Assembly: GCA_053919585.1 (NCBI GenBank)
Contig: CM132792.1
From: Euprymna scolopes
Taxonomy: Eukaryota
Direction: 5' to 3' (one strand)
DNA length: 64,000 nt
Shown here: positions 10,641 through 22,559 of the stretch, piece by piece
Layout of the letters: each line of letters begins with the position of its first letter
How positions within the stretch are numbered: the stretch's first letter is position 1
Notes under the pieces: model-generated
What the model was told of the DNA's origin: nothing
The model's database searches: none
What the model saw: only the letters and a program-made list of their open reading frames with translations
Position numbers and translations under genes: made by a program

Positions 10641-13600
10641 TTATGGGTGTTGATTCTGTGTTGATCCATCACCCCTTTTCAATATGACAGTACGGACAAA
10701 ACCATCATCCCCAGGAATGAGTTCCATTACCCTACCTAAAGTCCAGAAAGGTCTGGTTTTAATGGGGGATTTTATTAACACAACATCTATCTTTATCTGA
10801 TTATTATAGGACTCATTGTGTAAGTCTTTCGCCGATTCTCTAAGGCTAAGCAGGTATTCATTAAACCATAACTCTTTGTATTTGGAAATGAGTTGTTCCC
10901 TCTCCTCCATAGCCTCAAGAACATCAGCCCTGAGGGGGGTTCCGAATCAAAGAGATCCTCCTCTTCCTTTCTATACAGTATATTAACTGCAGAAAAGGGC
11001 CTCAGGAAATGATTGGGTGTAATGATCTCCAACCCGTCGTCTGATGAGCAGCGATAAGTCAAAGGACGATTGTTAACAGCCCTCTGAATATCTGAAACAA
11101 AAGTTAACAACTGAAAATAACTCACCTGAGAGCGACCAACCATTTTAAACAAGCAAGTCTTTACTGTGCGAATAAGCCGCTCCCAGGTACTCCCAAACCA
11201 AGCAGCATATACCGGAATTGTCAGATGTTTGACCGAATAAGTGAGGAAGATACTATTGTATTCTTCCGAGCCATAGGCCTGCTGAATAATTCTGCCGCCA
11301 GTTGTAAAAGTCTTAGCATTGTTGGAATACAAATGAGAAGGTACTCCGACATTGTAAATCTTATGAATGCTAAGAAAAAAGAATACACCGTCATATCGTC
11401 CACCACTTCAAGGTGTATGCCTCTAGTGGTATAGACAGGTGAATAAAAGCAAATAAACTTTGCGGATATTTCCTCCCTCCTCCACCCAGATGTGTCCTGT
11501 GAAGTCCACACCAGTGTGAAGGAAGGGTCTGATCAAGTTGACCCGACATTGGGGCAAATTAGTCATGCGGGGGTATGCAAACGACATTGCATTGTAACGC
11601 ACACACAGCTTTCAAGACTTTAAAGTAGATTTTACTGCCTGTCTTGCCCTAGGAATCCAAAATCCCGATAGGCGTAGTTGGCTATGCTCAAATGTTTGCA
11701 TTTTCTGTGAGCATCTATAATTATCATTTGGGTAAAAGTGTGAGATTTACCCAGGAGAACTGGGTAAATCACTTCATACTCGAAGGTAATGCACTTGCGA
11801 ATCCTACCCCTGGTCCTAATAACACCTTCTTCATCCAAAAAAAGGCTGAGAGAACTCACTAAATCTGGGGCTTGACCAGATGGATTAAGCAAGTATTCCT
11901 TGACTTGCGGAAACGCTTGCCCTTGCATCCCTTTTATTAGGTGCTGCCAAGCCAATTTTTGTGGGTCATCCCTTGAGTGCTTCAAACTTCCTATAAACTT
12001 GAACACCCCTGTTACTACTCCAAGAAGTTTATTCAGAGTTTCATACTTCTCAAAGGGAATTACAGGTCCTTCTGCCTGTATCAGGGCACCGCAAAATGTA
12101 GGCTCCCTCACAATCTCTTTATTTTCCTCCCTCAAACAATTTAAGGAGGCGAAAGGCCATTCTATAGGTGTTCGGGTCAGCCATGTAGGACCATGCACCC
12201 AATTCAATATGTGTTTTTTGAATGTCTTTACTGACACTCTCCTTGAGAGCAGATCCGCAGAGTTCTGCTCCGAGGGCACATAGCGGAAAGAAATGTCTAT
12301 TCCAAACTGCTGGCTCAAATTCTGACGCATTTCAGCAATGTCTCTGACTCTGTTTCTTGCAAAACCATTCTTTGTTTTTACATCCTGAGAGAGGACCCAA
12401 GACAGCACTATCTGAGCATCAACTGGCACACCAACCTCTCTAAAGGTGATTTCCTTCAGAGAAAGTAAAATTGTTTTTAATGCCTTTAGCGCCAAATACA
12501 CTGCCAACAACTCAAGTGTGGCCAGGGACTTTGCCCATAACGGTGCTACCCTGGCTTTAGCAAAAACCAAATTGGACTTATCATCTTGTAAGCCGTAAGC
12601 TACAAATCCGTATGCTTCTTTGGAAGTATCACAAAATAAAGCCAGGTTTGCTGTAGAGCCCTCGCGCAGGGACTTTCTTGGAAAGGTGAAAGAACTGAGT
12701 TGAGATAAATCTTTTGAGAGTGACTGCCAACTCTTCTGTTGGGTAGAAGTAACAGTTTCATCCCAGCCCAGCCTAGCCTTCCATAATTCACTAATAAATA
12801 GGCGGCCCCTTATTGTAACGGGTACACATAAAGATAAAGGATGAAAATAGGCTGCCACCGCCGCCAATATTCTTCTTTTGGTATTGGCCCCGGAATCACT
12901 ATCTGTCTTGGCCAAGGACAAAGAATCACTCTTTGTATCATAATTATAGCCCAATACCTTCTCATATTGGGAGTAGTGTTGAGGCATACGCCCATCCTTC
13001 TCAATCTTATGTCTTAATTCTTCGCAGTTAGAACTGCAGGAACGTAAATCAAAGTATCCCTCTTCCAACCTCTTCACAACATTAGTGTATAGCTGCGCAA
13101 GATTCTCAGGAACATTCCCTGTTTTAATTAGGTTATCCACATAAAAATTTTCTCCAATAGTTTTGGAGCATTCATCATGTGGATAACGGTCAGCATGATG
13201 CTTCAAAAGGAAATTTAATATAAACGGAGAGGCATTATAGCCAAATATTAAGGTGGTATATCTAAAGCATACCAAGGTTTTTCCTATTTTAAGAAAAAAA
13301 CAAAATCGATTTTTATCCTCCTCAGTGAGGAGTTTAATTTGCAAAAATGCCTTGCGGATGTCACCAAGCAAGACATACTCATTAGAGCGGAAGTATAGCA
13401 ACAACTGCAGGAGATTTCCCATCAAGTTCACCCCGGGGTAGGCAACCTCATTAATCGAGATTCCACCCTTGGGTTTCGATGAACAATTAAACACAGGCCG
13501 CACTTTTGTAGTGCTTTGCTCTTCAGTTTTATATACAGGCCTGTGTGGTATCCATACATATTTTTCATACTCTTCCCGAGTAACCACAATTCTCTCCACA

Positions 13601-13701
13601 ATGCCCTCCCTTTCTTGTTCCAGGAAAACATCCAAATACTCCCTATATTTGTTTTCTTTTTCCAGTTTATTGAACACACGGTTCAAAACTGCTAACGCCA
13701 C
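10641..13701 (-). pseudogene. pol: BEL pol: RT, RNase H, integrase (frameshifted)
   Basis: 689-aa ORF (PHRPV, DIRKAFLQI, YVDN, NSADLLSR) followed by integrase fragments (RGIHLEVV, WERLIRTVK, NNRPLT, WTLGRV). Confidence 0.92.
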
Positions 13702-15870
13702 CGAATAATTTGATGGAACTTTGCCAATCTTGTCCTCCCACCAAGGAAGCTTGACATAATAACACTGGTTCTCTATGACCAGAGTTTTGGAACTCCTTTA
13801 CCTTCTTACGTTCAAAATCTGAAAAAGTTTCCTCCTCAGTGAGCCCCATAAGTTCCAAACTAAACAAACTGTCCAACCCTCTTTCCACTGAGGTGTTCTC
13901 AAAAGTATCCTTATAAGGATCTACATAATTATATTGAGGTGCCAGCACAAAGTTCACCGCTGTAGTGGAAACAGTACTCATGCTGGCAAGGACCTTTTCA
14001 TAATCAACGGGTGGTGAACGCTCCTCTCCGATTGACAATATCTGGGATTCTTTCAAGAAGTTAAGCGAATTCCCCCAAGGCACTATACCCTTTGGGGTCT
14101 CCCAGGCAACACCATTCTGGCACCTTATCAGGCTTAAAGGGTGCAAAAACTGCAGCAGATCTACCCCCACTAGACCTCGAATAGGAAAAAGACGTTCCTT
14201 TCTATCAAATCCAGCAGCTAATTGGAAATGGGCCTCTCTTAAATTCTTATATATTAAATCCATTCCATCTATTTGGGTCTTTAAATTAAAGGAGGAGTCA
14301 ATGAGGACAGGCAAAGGTCTTCTGGTGCCAGGCACCATTTCCACCTGCAATAATACCTCACTTAAATTCTTTTTCTCCTCTCCCACGAATGTTTGTATTG
14401 TATATTGGCGGTCATAACATGACTCTAAAGAAATATCTAATCCCTTTAGAATGCTTCTGGAAAAATATGAACGTTGACTTCCAGAATCAAGTATACATTT
14501 ACAAACATACCGTTTCTTGTTGCGATGTAGAACCACTTTATAGATGGGAAGGATAGATCTCTGTTGAGTGTCACAAGTCTGGAAACTGGTATTTACTTTA
14601 GTTTTCTCCGAAGAGGCTCTATCTTTAGGGTATATTACAGTATAGTGCCGTTTCGAGCTACAATTAGCACAACCATATGGGAAGCCCTTTTTGTTACGGG
14701 GACATTTATCATATGAATGATTTTCCGCAGCACAGGCAATACAAAGGCGCAATTCTTTGCACCTTGATAGTCTCTCTTCATACGTAGCAAATTTTTTGCA
14801 TAATTTCCCGTCGTGTCCGCCTGAAGAACAAAACTTACAAGTTGACATTGATAGTGGGGTGTCACCCCTAGAGGAAAAGTTCTCTAAAGCTCTTTTTGGT
14901 GAGTAAGAGCCTGGAACAAATCGATCAGATCGAAACCTGCCATTGCCAGAAGGGGGAGGATACTCCTCCAATCTCACCAGATCCTTGATTAAATTCTTAG
15001 ACAAGGAAACGATGTCATCAATTCCGGGATAACTATTTCCAGTTTTTCTCATTAATTCTCTCTTTAAAGAAACCGGTAGCCGGCCAAACACAATATGACT
15101 TATTAATACATAACCCGGTTCCAAAAAGTCCAACTGGTAGCTATTTTTCAGCTCCAGCAAAGTACGCCTGACTTGGTTAAGATAAACTTTAACTTGAGAA
15201 AACTGGCTATCCACTTTTGGCCTGACTGCCAATAACTGCTGAAACATCTGATCCAAAATATTTGGTATATCCAAATATTCTCCCTCCAACAGCTGAAAAG
15301 CCACAGGAAAATTAGCTTCTGTGGTGGAAAGGTGCTTCACCAAATGTAGAGCTTGACCTTTTAGGCAACTCTTCAACAAGCAAAACTTTGTCAACTCAGA
15401 GCGAAAGCCCTCAGCACAATTCCAGAAACCAGCCAAGAAATTTTTGAAGGCGAATCGATCATCAGATGGTTCTCCATCAAAGGTAGGAGCTTCCATATTA
15501 GCTCTAAATTCTGGGGCTATTTCACCCCCCAAACTCTCTTCTCGCCTATCTGTTCGACTCCCCTCAATCTTCTCCCTTAACTCGTTTAATTTCTGGAAAG
15601 TGTTCTTCCTAAATCGGAAGGCATTATCCAATGAGTCATCATTAGTTTTAAGCTCCACACTTGGAGGACTGTCCAAGCATACAGCTGTCACCTCGTCTTC
15701 AAAGTCGCCAAGGCGTTCCAGCCATCCCATTATCATTTCCCGGTGTTCTTGAAAAACTGCCATTGGCAAAGTAGCTTGATCATGTAATCCCCATAGTTAT
15801 GTACTAATTTTATTTCTTAGCACAGCTTGCTGCTGTCGGCAGCTGTCTAACTCTAAGGAATCAATAAAAA
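13667..15870 (-). pseudogene. gag: BEL gag-protease
   Basis: 700-aa ORF with the BEL gag region (PTFDG...LKGQAL), CKFC...H...C, CIAC...H...C, CANC...H and the aspartic protease LDSGSQRS. Confidence 0.9.
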
Positions 15871-16264
15871 GTATAAAAAAAAATTAAAAAAAAAAAAAAA
15901 ACGAATCCCGGTCGAGATTCACTCTGTTAATTAGGGAAAAAATAGTGTCTTTGGCCTTCCCAAAATTTGAATTTCGACGTTAGTCACATCAAAAGAAAAT
16001 TTTAACATATTAGGTTGGCCAAAGGGTAGCAGGTAATAGATAGGGAATCGAAAAAATAAGAGACACATTGTTACTTCTCGCCTTCCCAAAATTAAATTCC
16101 GACGTTAGTTACATCAAAAGAAAATGTTAACATATTAGGTTGGCCAGAGGAAAACAGAAAATAGAGGGTCGTAACATAATTTGTAAATTGTGTTCATGAG
16201 CCAGGATTACCGACCTGTTCCATCGTCTACTGGTTCCAACTGATCTATATATATATATATACAC

Positions 16265-19200
16265 CAGGGGTCGGCAACCTTTTGTTTAGCGTGTGCCGAC
16301 TTAGGGTTTCAAATTATTCAGCGTGCCAACATTTATTATTTATAACGATCAAGGTCAATATACCTGTTCTCTATATTTATTTCATAAAATATATAATAAT
16401 GTCAAAGTTTATAAATAATGTGAAAAAACTGTTTCTGAAAAGTTTTTATTATTAATGGGACCCTTGTCCTTGCATGGTCTTTGCCAATTCCTCAATGTCG
16501 GGAACATACTTTGTAACTTTGAGCTTAACACAGTTTTCTGAATGTTCAGGTGTTAGACGACTTCGACGTGGAGACAACACTGCTTTCATGTGAGAGAAAA
16601 TTTGCTCACAAGAATAAGTTGAACCAAAAGCTGAGAGAAGAGCAAAAGCAATTTTCTTCAAACAGATGAATGAGCTTGGGAGGGAGATCCAACAGTTCAG
16701 AATAGCACCAGACTTTTCAAAATTTTCATCTTCCAGAGACTTTCTTAGTTCAGCAAATTTTAATGTCCATATTTCTGAAGACCTAAATTCAATCTGTTGC
16801 ATTTCAAAATCATCAATGTCCATCCAGCTAAAAAGTTCCAGTTGGGCATTTGTCAAATCAAGCATGTCGGGCTTAATCAGATATGAAAATAAGGATCCAT
16901 GAATGTAGAAGTCCTGGCTTCGTTTTTCGAATTCTGCTTTGAGTGCTTTCACGTACTCCTGAAGCTCATCTGTGTTCACTTCGAATTGATTTGCATGATT
17001 TTTCACATTTGGAAAGTACTTAAATGCTTTGATGTTGATGTCACGGGTAAAAATGTCAAGTTTCATTGTAAACGCTTTCCAATAGCTGAAAAGATCAAGG
17101 ACTGTTTGTCCCTGTCCTTGTAATTTCAAATTAAGCTCATTCAAATGTGTGTTTATGTCGGTCATAAACATCAACTTCAACAACCAGCTTTCATCATTCA
17201 GCTGAGGGAATCGTTTCTGTTTTTCATCAAGAAACATCTTAATAGCCTCAAGACAACAAACAAATCTAGCTAAAACTTTGCCTCGACTAAGCCAGCGAAC
17301 ATTGTTGTATAACAGAAGATCTCCATATTCACACTCAACTTCTTGTAGAAGCGATTTGAATTGCCTGTGAACCAATGAAGAGCGAGAAATAAGAAAGTTG
17401 ATTATCTCAACAACAGTTTTCATCACAGAGACCAAATCCAAAGACGAGGTCTTTGCACATAAGCCCTCCTGATGTATAATACAATGAAAACTTAACAGTT
17501 TGCGTCCAACATGATTTTCCAGAAGTTTTACAAATCCTTTCTTCTTGCCAACCATTGCAGCAGCACCATCGGTTGTTACGCAGAATAATTTGTTCAAGTT
17601 AATGTCTTGTTTAGAAAAATAACCAGTAAATGCACACAAAATATCTTCTGCTTTGGTTGTATCATGAAGGGGTAATAAACAACACAACTCCTCATAAATG
17701 TGATTATTCTCGAGATATCTTGCAACCACTGCTAGGCGAGACGCATCGTTTACATCGGTGCTTTCATCAAGAGCGACACTAAATACAAGGGATTGCTTTA
17801 ATCCAGTTGTTTGCTTAGTTGTCACATTTTCAGCCAAGTCAGATATGCGCCTCTCAACTGATCTTGCAGAGACTGGTATTTCTCTAATTCGAGAGAGTAT
17901 AATGTCCTTATTTTTTAAATCACGAAACAAAACTTCAGCACCACTCAAAAAAGCTTCTTTGATGTATTCACCATCTGTAAAAGGTTTACCATTTAAAGCC
18001 ACACACTGGGCTATTTTGTAACTACATTCAGTAGCTTTACTCTTCATTCCAACAGCTTGGCTCAAAATAACAGTTTGTTTTTTGAAACCAGAAATAGCTT
18101 TTTTGATGGCTTCACCTTTTTCTTCTGAAGTTTTAAACTTAGATTGATGTTTGGTTTGAAAGTGCCTTTGTACACTAGATGTGCGACACACAACACTTTC
18201 GCAACAGAAAGCACAAACAGCACGATCCTTTTGTTCCACAAATCCATATTCTATTGTCCAATTGTCTTGAAATGGGCGATGATCAAGTTTTCTTTTCTTT
18301 TCAGTCATATCTAACAGCAGGGGTATTCTGAAAATATAAATAGGCCTAATTACGTAAACATCAATTATGATATATATAAAATACCAAACAAATTATTCTT
18401 GCCTTTGCTGTGGGAGAACCAGGATACATTTTAATAAAAATTGTGGAGAAAAATTATGTACAGGGTGTCCCAGAAAAAGTCTAAAGGTTTTGATTAGCTC
18501 GAGCTAGGATCCTATTCGTGCGTGGCATTCACAATTTAAAAAAAATATTTCATCCACGTATTCCTCCAATCATACCATTTTGTTTAGTATGAAGATGATC
18601 GAAATTGCTCATCTCTTCTAATCCCAGTTACGAGCTTGAAAATTAAAAGTACAATTTCAAGAATTTGAAAGGCAATTATACCTTATCTTGTATTCATATT
18701 CTGACCACTGAACAATTCTGTAACTCTAGCACCCTTCCTAAATTTAACACCCCTCAATTTCAAACAGCAAATAAAATGTTTAAAACTAATAATTTTCAAA
18801 ATTTTTTTAGCTCATTGTGTTTAGGAAAGATTTTTCTTAAAGAAAAGTAAAACTTTTTAAAATAAAATCTCATATAATTAATTTTATCGTAAAAAATATC
18901 ACAAAAAAGTCAAAGCTTCCTTACTGCGCGTGAGCGTTTTCACGTAATAGTTTCAATTTCAATTTGTAAATTTGTAAATTCTTGAAAATTTTCTATGATT
19001 TTAAAAATCGATAATTTTTTTTCTATTCATCAAATCCTTTTCATTTTTTCAGATTTTATGTAAAATTCTACGCTCTTTCGAATGGAAATAAAATTATTTT
19101 CTGAAAAATTCATTTTCATACTTCTTTTATTTATTTTTACCCCCCCTCTGTCTAAAAGTATGAAAGTATGAATTTCTATTAAAAATTCGTCTCGGAACAC

Positions 19201-20905
19201 TCTAATTTATATCTTTATTTAAAGATCATAAAAAAATGAATAAAATAATGTGTTGTTTTTTTTTAAACCTTTATCCCTTCATTTTGAAAATAAACGCTAA
19301 AGTTTAAAATATGTACATTCTTTTATTTTTTAAAAAAGATTTATGAGCTGTGTAATTTTTTTATTTTTATCATGCTAAAAAAATTAAAGTTTCTTTAGTC
19401 TTTCCCTTAAAATTAAATTTGCTCTTTCGAAGATCTGCTAAAATAGCTATTTTATCTGTATCGGAACACTTAGTAAATGTTACGAAAAAAAAAAAACCAT
19501 GTAAAAATATTTAAAAACAAAAAAAAAATATAAACTGAAAGTTATCCCTTCTATTTATAATCATTATTTAAAGCTTAAAGTACTCACAACAAACATTCTC
19601 CTTTTTTCAAATAGAGTCCACGTGTTTTTAATCTCTCTTAGAGCTGATGACAGATTTATGACAAGCTTAGTGAAAGAAAGGGTAAGTGGTAAGTTAGAGA
19701 GTTACAGTATAGGGAGATAACAAAAATGGAAGTTTGTTTTGTTTTGGTAAGCTTTAACCCCAAAATGACCCATTGCCAGTCATCGTCTCTTCACAAGGGA
19801 TGGTAAATAGTGTCATTTAGTGTGAAAAAAGGAGGGGTTTTACATATTGTTCCAGAACATTATAATCATTTCTCACTCTTTCTCTCTCTTTCTGCTAAAC
19901 GAACGACAGACAGACAGCCAGACAGATATTGAAAAAAAAATGACTACCAAAAAATAATTTGTTTCCTAATAAGGTTTATCATATTTTGAATATGGTAGCA
20001 TATACTTAGTTTCATTACAAAACTTAAATAATAATAAAAAGCTAAAAACAAAAGTTTTATAATTACAAATAAAAATTTATATACTTTTCTTAACTTTTTT
20101 TCCGGCATTGTTTTTTTATTTGTATAAATATTAAAATAAATTTAAACAAAAACAAATAAACTCCATGTTACACGTGTTGTTATTATCACTGGTAAGTGTT
20201 TTATTTTAATTAAGATAATCATAGTCAAAAGATTTTTTGGTTTACATATACACTTTTTATAATTTCAAGTTAAATTTTATATACACTTCAAGGCATCCGT
20301 AGATTTCAAATGTCAGCGCTGCTGCTGATGTAAACAAAACTTCCGGCGATTCGTTGAAATTTTGGGCGGATTTTATCAACCTATCTCTGAAAATATTGCT
20401 TTAATTTCCAAATTTATGAATTCTTGATTATTTTTATTGTTGATTTTTGTAGAGGAATCATTCATTTACTTAATGGTCATTTATTTTCGTCTGATAAGTT
20501 ACTTTTTATATATTTATTAGATTTTTTTATTATGATTTTTGACTAAATTTTACATTTGCAACTCTCTCACGCTACGTTGTATTTCATCTGGGTCGGTGAG
20601 ACTGAGTCACCAGACTCAATTCAAAACGCATTTCAAAATTATAGTATCTGACAGAACATACTTTGAACGAGCATGGAGCATCTAACGCCTACGGTTCGCA
20701 CGGACAAAAATAAAACGCGTTTTCTTGTTGTGGGCATGCACTTAGGTGGCAAGAGTACGCAAGAGATCGCAGATATCCTCATAATTCCAAGGAGAACTGT
20801 TTCCTTTTGGCTGTATGAAGTTTAAAAGATTTGGAGGCTCGGCGTGCCATTAGAATTGCTTGGCGTGCCACCTGTGGCACGCGTGCCGTAGGTTGCCGAC
20901 CCCTG
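16265..20905 (-). mobile_element. hAT DNA transposon (Buster/SPIN-GTF2IRD2-like), autonomous-looking
   Basis: Perfect 16-bp TIRs CAGGGGTCGGCAACCT and a perfect 8-bp TSD ATATACAC (16257-16264, 20906-20913), inside the BEL 5' LTR. Confidence 0.97.
16452..18308 (-). CDS. hAT transposase, intact 618 aa
   Basis: BED-like CxxC...H...H, ALDESTD, TTDGAAAM, HCIIHQE, VRWLSRG, STYSCEQIFS. Confidence 0.95.
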   Translation of the reverse strand: MTEKKRKLDHRPFQDNWTIEYGFVEQKDRAVCAFCCESVVCRTSSVQRHFQTKHQSKFKTSEEKGEAIKKAISGFKKQTVILSQAVGMKSKATECSYKIAQCVALNGKPFTDGEYIKEAFLSGAEVLFRDLKNKDIILSRIREIPVSARSVERRISDLAENVTTKQTTGLKQSLVFSVALDESTDVNDASRLAVVARYLENNHIYEELCCLLPLHDTTKAEDILCAFTGYFSKQDINLNKLFCVTTDGAAAMVGKKKGFVKLLENHVGRKLLSFHCIIHQEGLCAKTSSLDLVSVMKTVVEIINFLISRSSLVHRQFKSLLQEVECEYGDLLLYNNVRWLSRGKVLARFVCCLEAIKMFLDEKQKRFPQLNDESWLLKLMFMTDINTHLNELNLKLQGQGQTVLDLFSYWKAFTMKLDIFTRDINIKAFKYFPNVKNHANQFEVNTDELQEYVKALKAEFEKRSQDFYIHGSLFSYLIKPDMLDLTNAQLELFSWMDIDDFEMQQIEFRSSEIWTLKFAELRKSLEDENFEKSGAILNCWISLPSSFICLKKIAFALLSAFGSTYSCEQIFSHMKAVLSPRRSRLTPEHSENCVKLKVTKYVPDIEELAKTMQGQGSH

Positions 20906-21019
20906 ATATACACAATCTCTACTCCTCCTGTCATTTACATGTGCTAATTACCCCTTCTACAAAGAAAATAGATAATCCTAACACCCCCCCAGAATTGAGA
21001 TAAGGAAAATTCTTTCACT

Positions 21020-22030
21020 ATCCCAGCCGCCAAAAACCCACCGTTGTTGTGGAAGTCTCCCTCTGTTATATTTTCTCTTGCTCATTAACGACTCCTCTAT
21101 CTCTACTATATGTCCTGGTCCACCAATTTGGTATGGGTTTAACATCAAATGATGACTAGCAATGTCTCTTAAATATTGATATCATTGAATAATAGTACTC
21201 TTGTGTAATTTGCACACATCAGTTGCTACAAACACAGGTAACTGTCTAGACCATGAATATACCACTGATAAAATCTGAGAAAGTCAATTTTGACTGTTTC
21301 AAATATGGCCCGTTGGTTAGGCATGCTGTTTGGGTTTTGTGCGTTTTGCAGCGGAATCTTTTTGTTCCCTGGTATTTAATGACTGTCATCTCTCGCTGAC
21401 ATACAATGCAGTTCATTTTTGAAGCAAGTATCTTCCGTTCCTTAAGGAACTGATATGCGGATTCAAAATCCTATGTCCATTCAGTTAGTTCTGTAAACAT
21501 TTTGGAAAATAGCTGGAATATTTGTTTCATAATTGTTGTAATGAAAAAAGTTTCATTCAACACACAAAACTAAAAACACAGTAATGATAAATGATTTATT
21601 TTATTCATTGAAATTGTCTTAAATTTTAAATGAAAAAAGTTAACAATTTAAAAAAATGCTATTAAAAAAAAGATAGAAAAATAGAAAAAGTCGATAAAAG
21701 TGAATGAATGGTGCGAAACATTGATTAAATAAACCAACGTAAGTAAATTTATTATTCTATCACCATTTCTATCGCAGTAAAACGTTGCCATTAAAAAAGA
21801 AAATGCTATTAAAAAAAAAGTCGATAAAATTATTACTAATAAATGTGTAGTAATTTCATTTATTTCAATATTCATAAACAGTAAAACTTATAAAAAAAAA
21901 GTCGATAAAAATTCATGATCGTTTAGTAACTATGGCAACTAAAACATGTTCTTTGCGCATGCGTAGGGAGAGGGAGAACTCAGTTTTTTTTAATGGTGTT
22001 CGGCATGTAACTAAAACCGCTACCAGTACC
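21020..22030 (-). mobile_element. Merlin transposon 5' half (copy B) with transposase remnant
   Basis: The minus strand gives YQYLRDIASHHLMLNPYQIGGPGHIVEIEESLMSKRKYNRGRLPQQRWVFGGWD, the Merlin/IS1595 core. Terminus GGTACTGG at 22030. Confidence 0.88.
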
Positions 22031-22559
22031 ATATTTTCAATAAAACACAAATTTGTATCGAATAAATCGTTAGGGTTTGTTTTTTCTAAACATTCTTATT
22101 GTTTTTACACGGACAGGGATTTTTATTTCGTTTCATTTCAGTTGTGGGTTCTTAACTTAACCTTGTCCTAGGTACGTGAAAGAAACATTCAAAGTTAACA
22201 TATCTCAAAATGGAACAGCTCAGCAGAAAGAGTATGCAGAGACCATTCTAATGATACTTGAACCACCTCTGTAGGACAAATAATAAGAAAGTTACAACAA
22301 TTCTAAAGCTGAAATTTGAGACTAATTTTGGACAATAGAATCAATGGATTTCCTTAACAAAGTTGTGACCGATATCAAGATTTTTCCCAGTTATTTTGTC
22401 ATAACTTTCTTATTTCTTGTCCGATTTCAAAAAAACAAATATCGCTGGAGAGCTTATTGAATGGAGAACAAGAAAAATATATTTTGAAAGTTTATTAATC
22501 AATTATTTACAAGATTAAGAGGTGAAGGGGGATGCTGGGGCGGAAGATACAGTCAATTT

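Larger units (their letters stand above)
9644..20983 (-). mobile_element. BEL/Pao LTR retrotransposon with C-terminal PHD fingers; 5' LTR interrupted by a hAT element
   Basis: LTRs TGTTA...TAACA at 9644-10047 and 15925-20983 (the latter carries the hAT). Gag has three Cys/His clusters; PR ILDSGSQRS; RT FYVDN; Pao RNase H FCDTS...LELLA; integrase; BEL C-terminal LYPLE motif. Confidence 0.95.
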
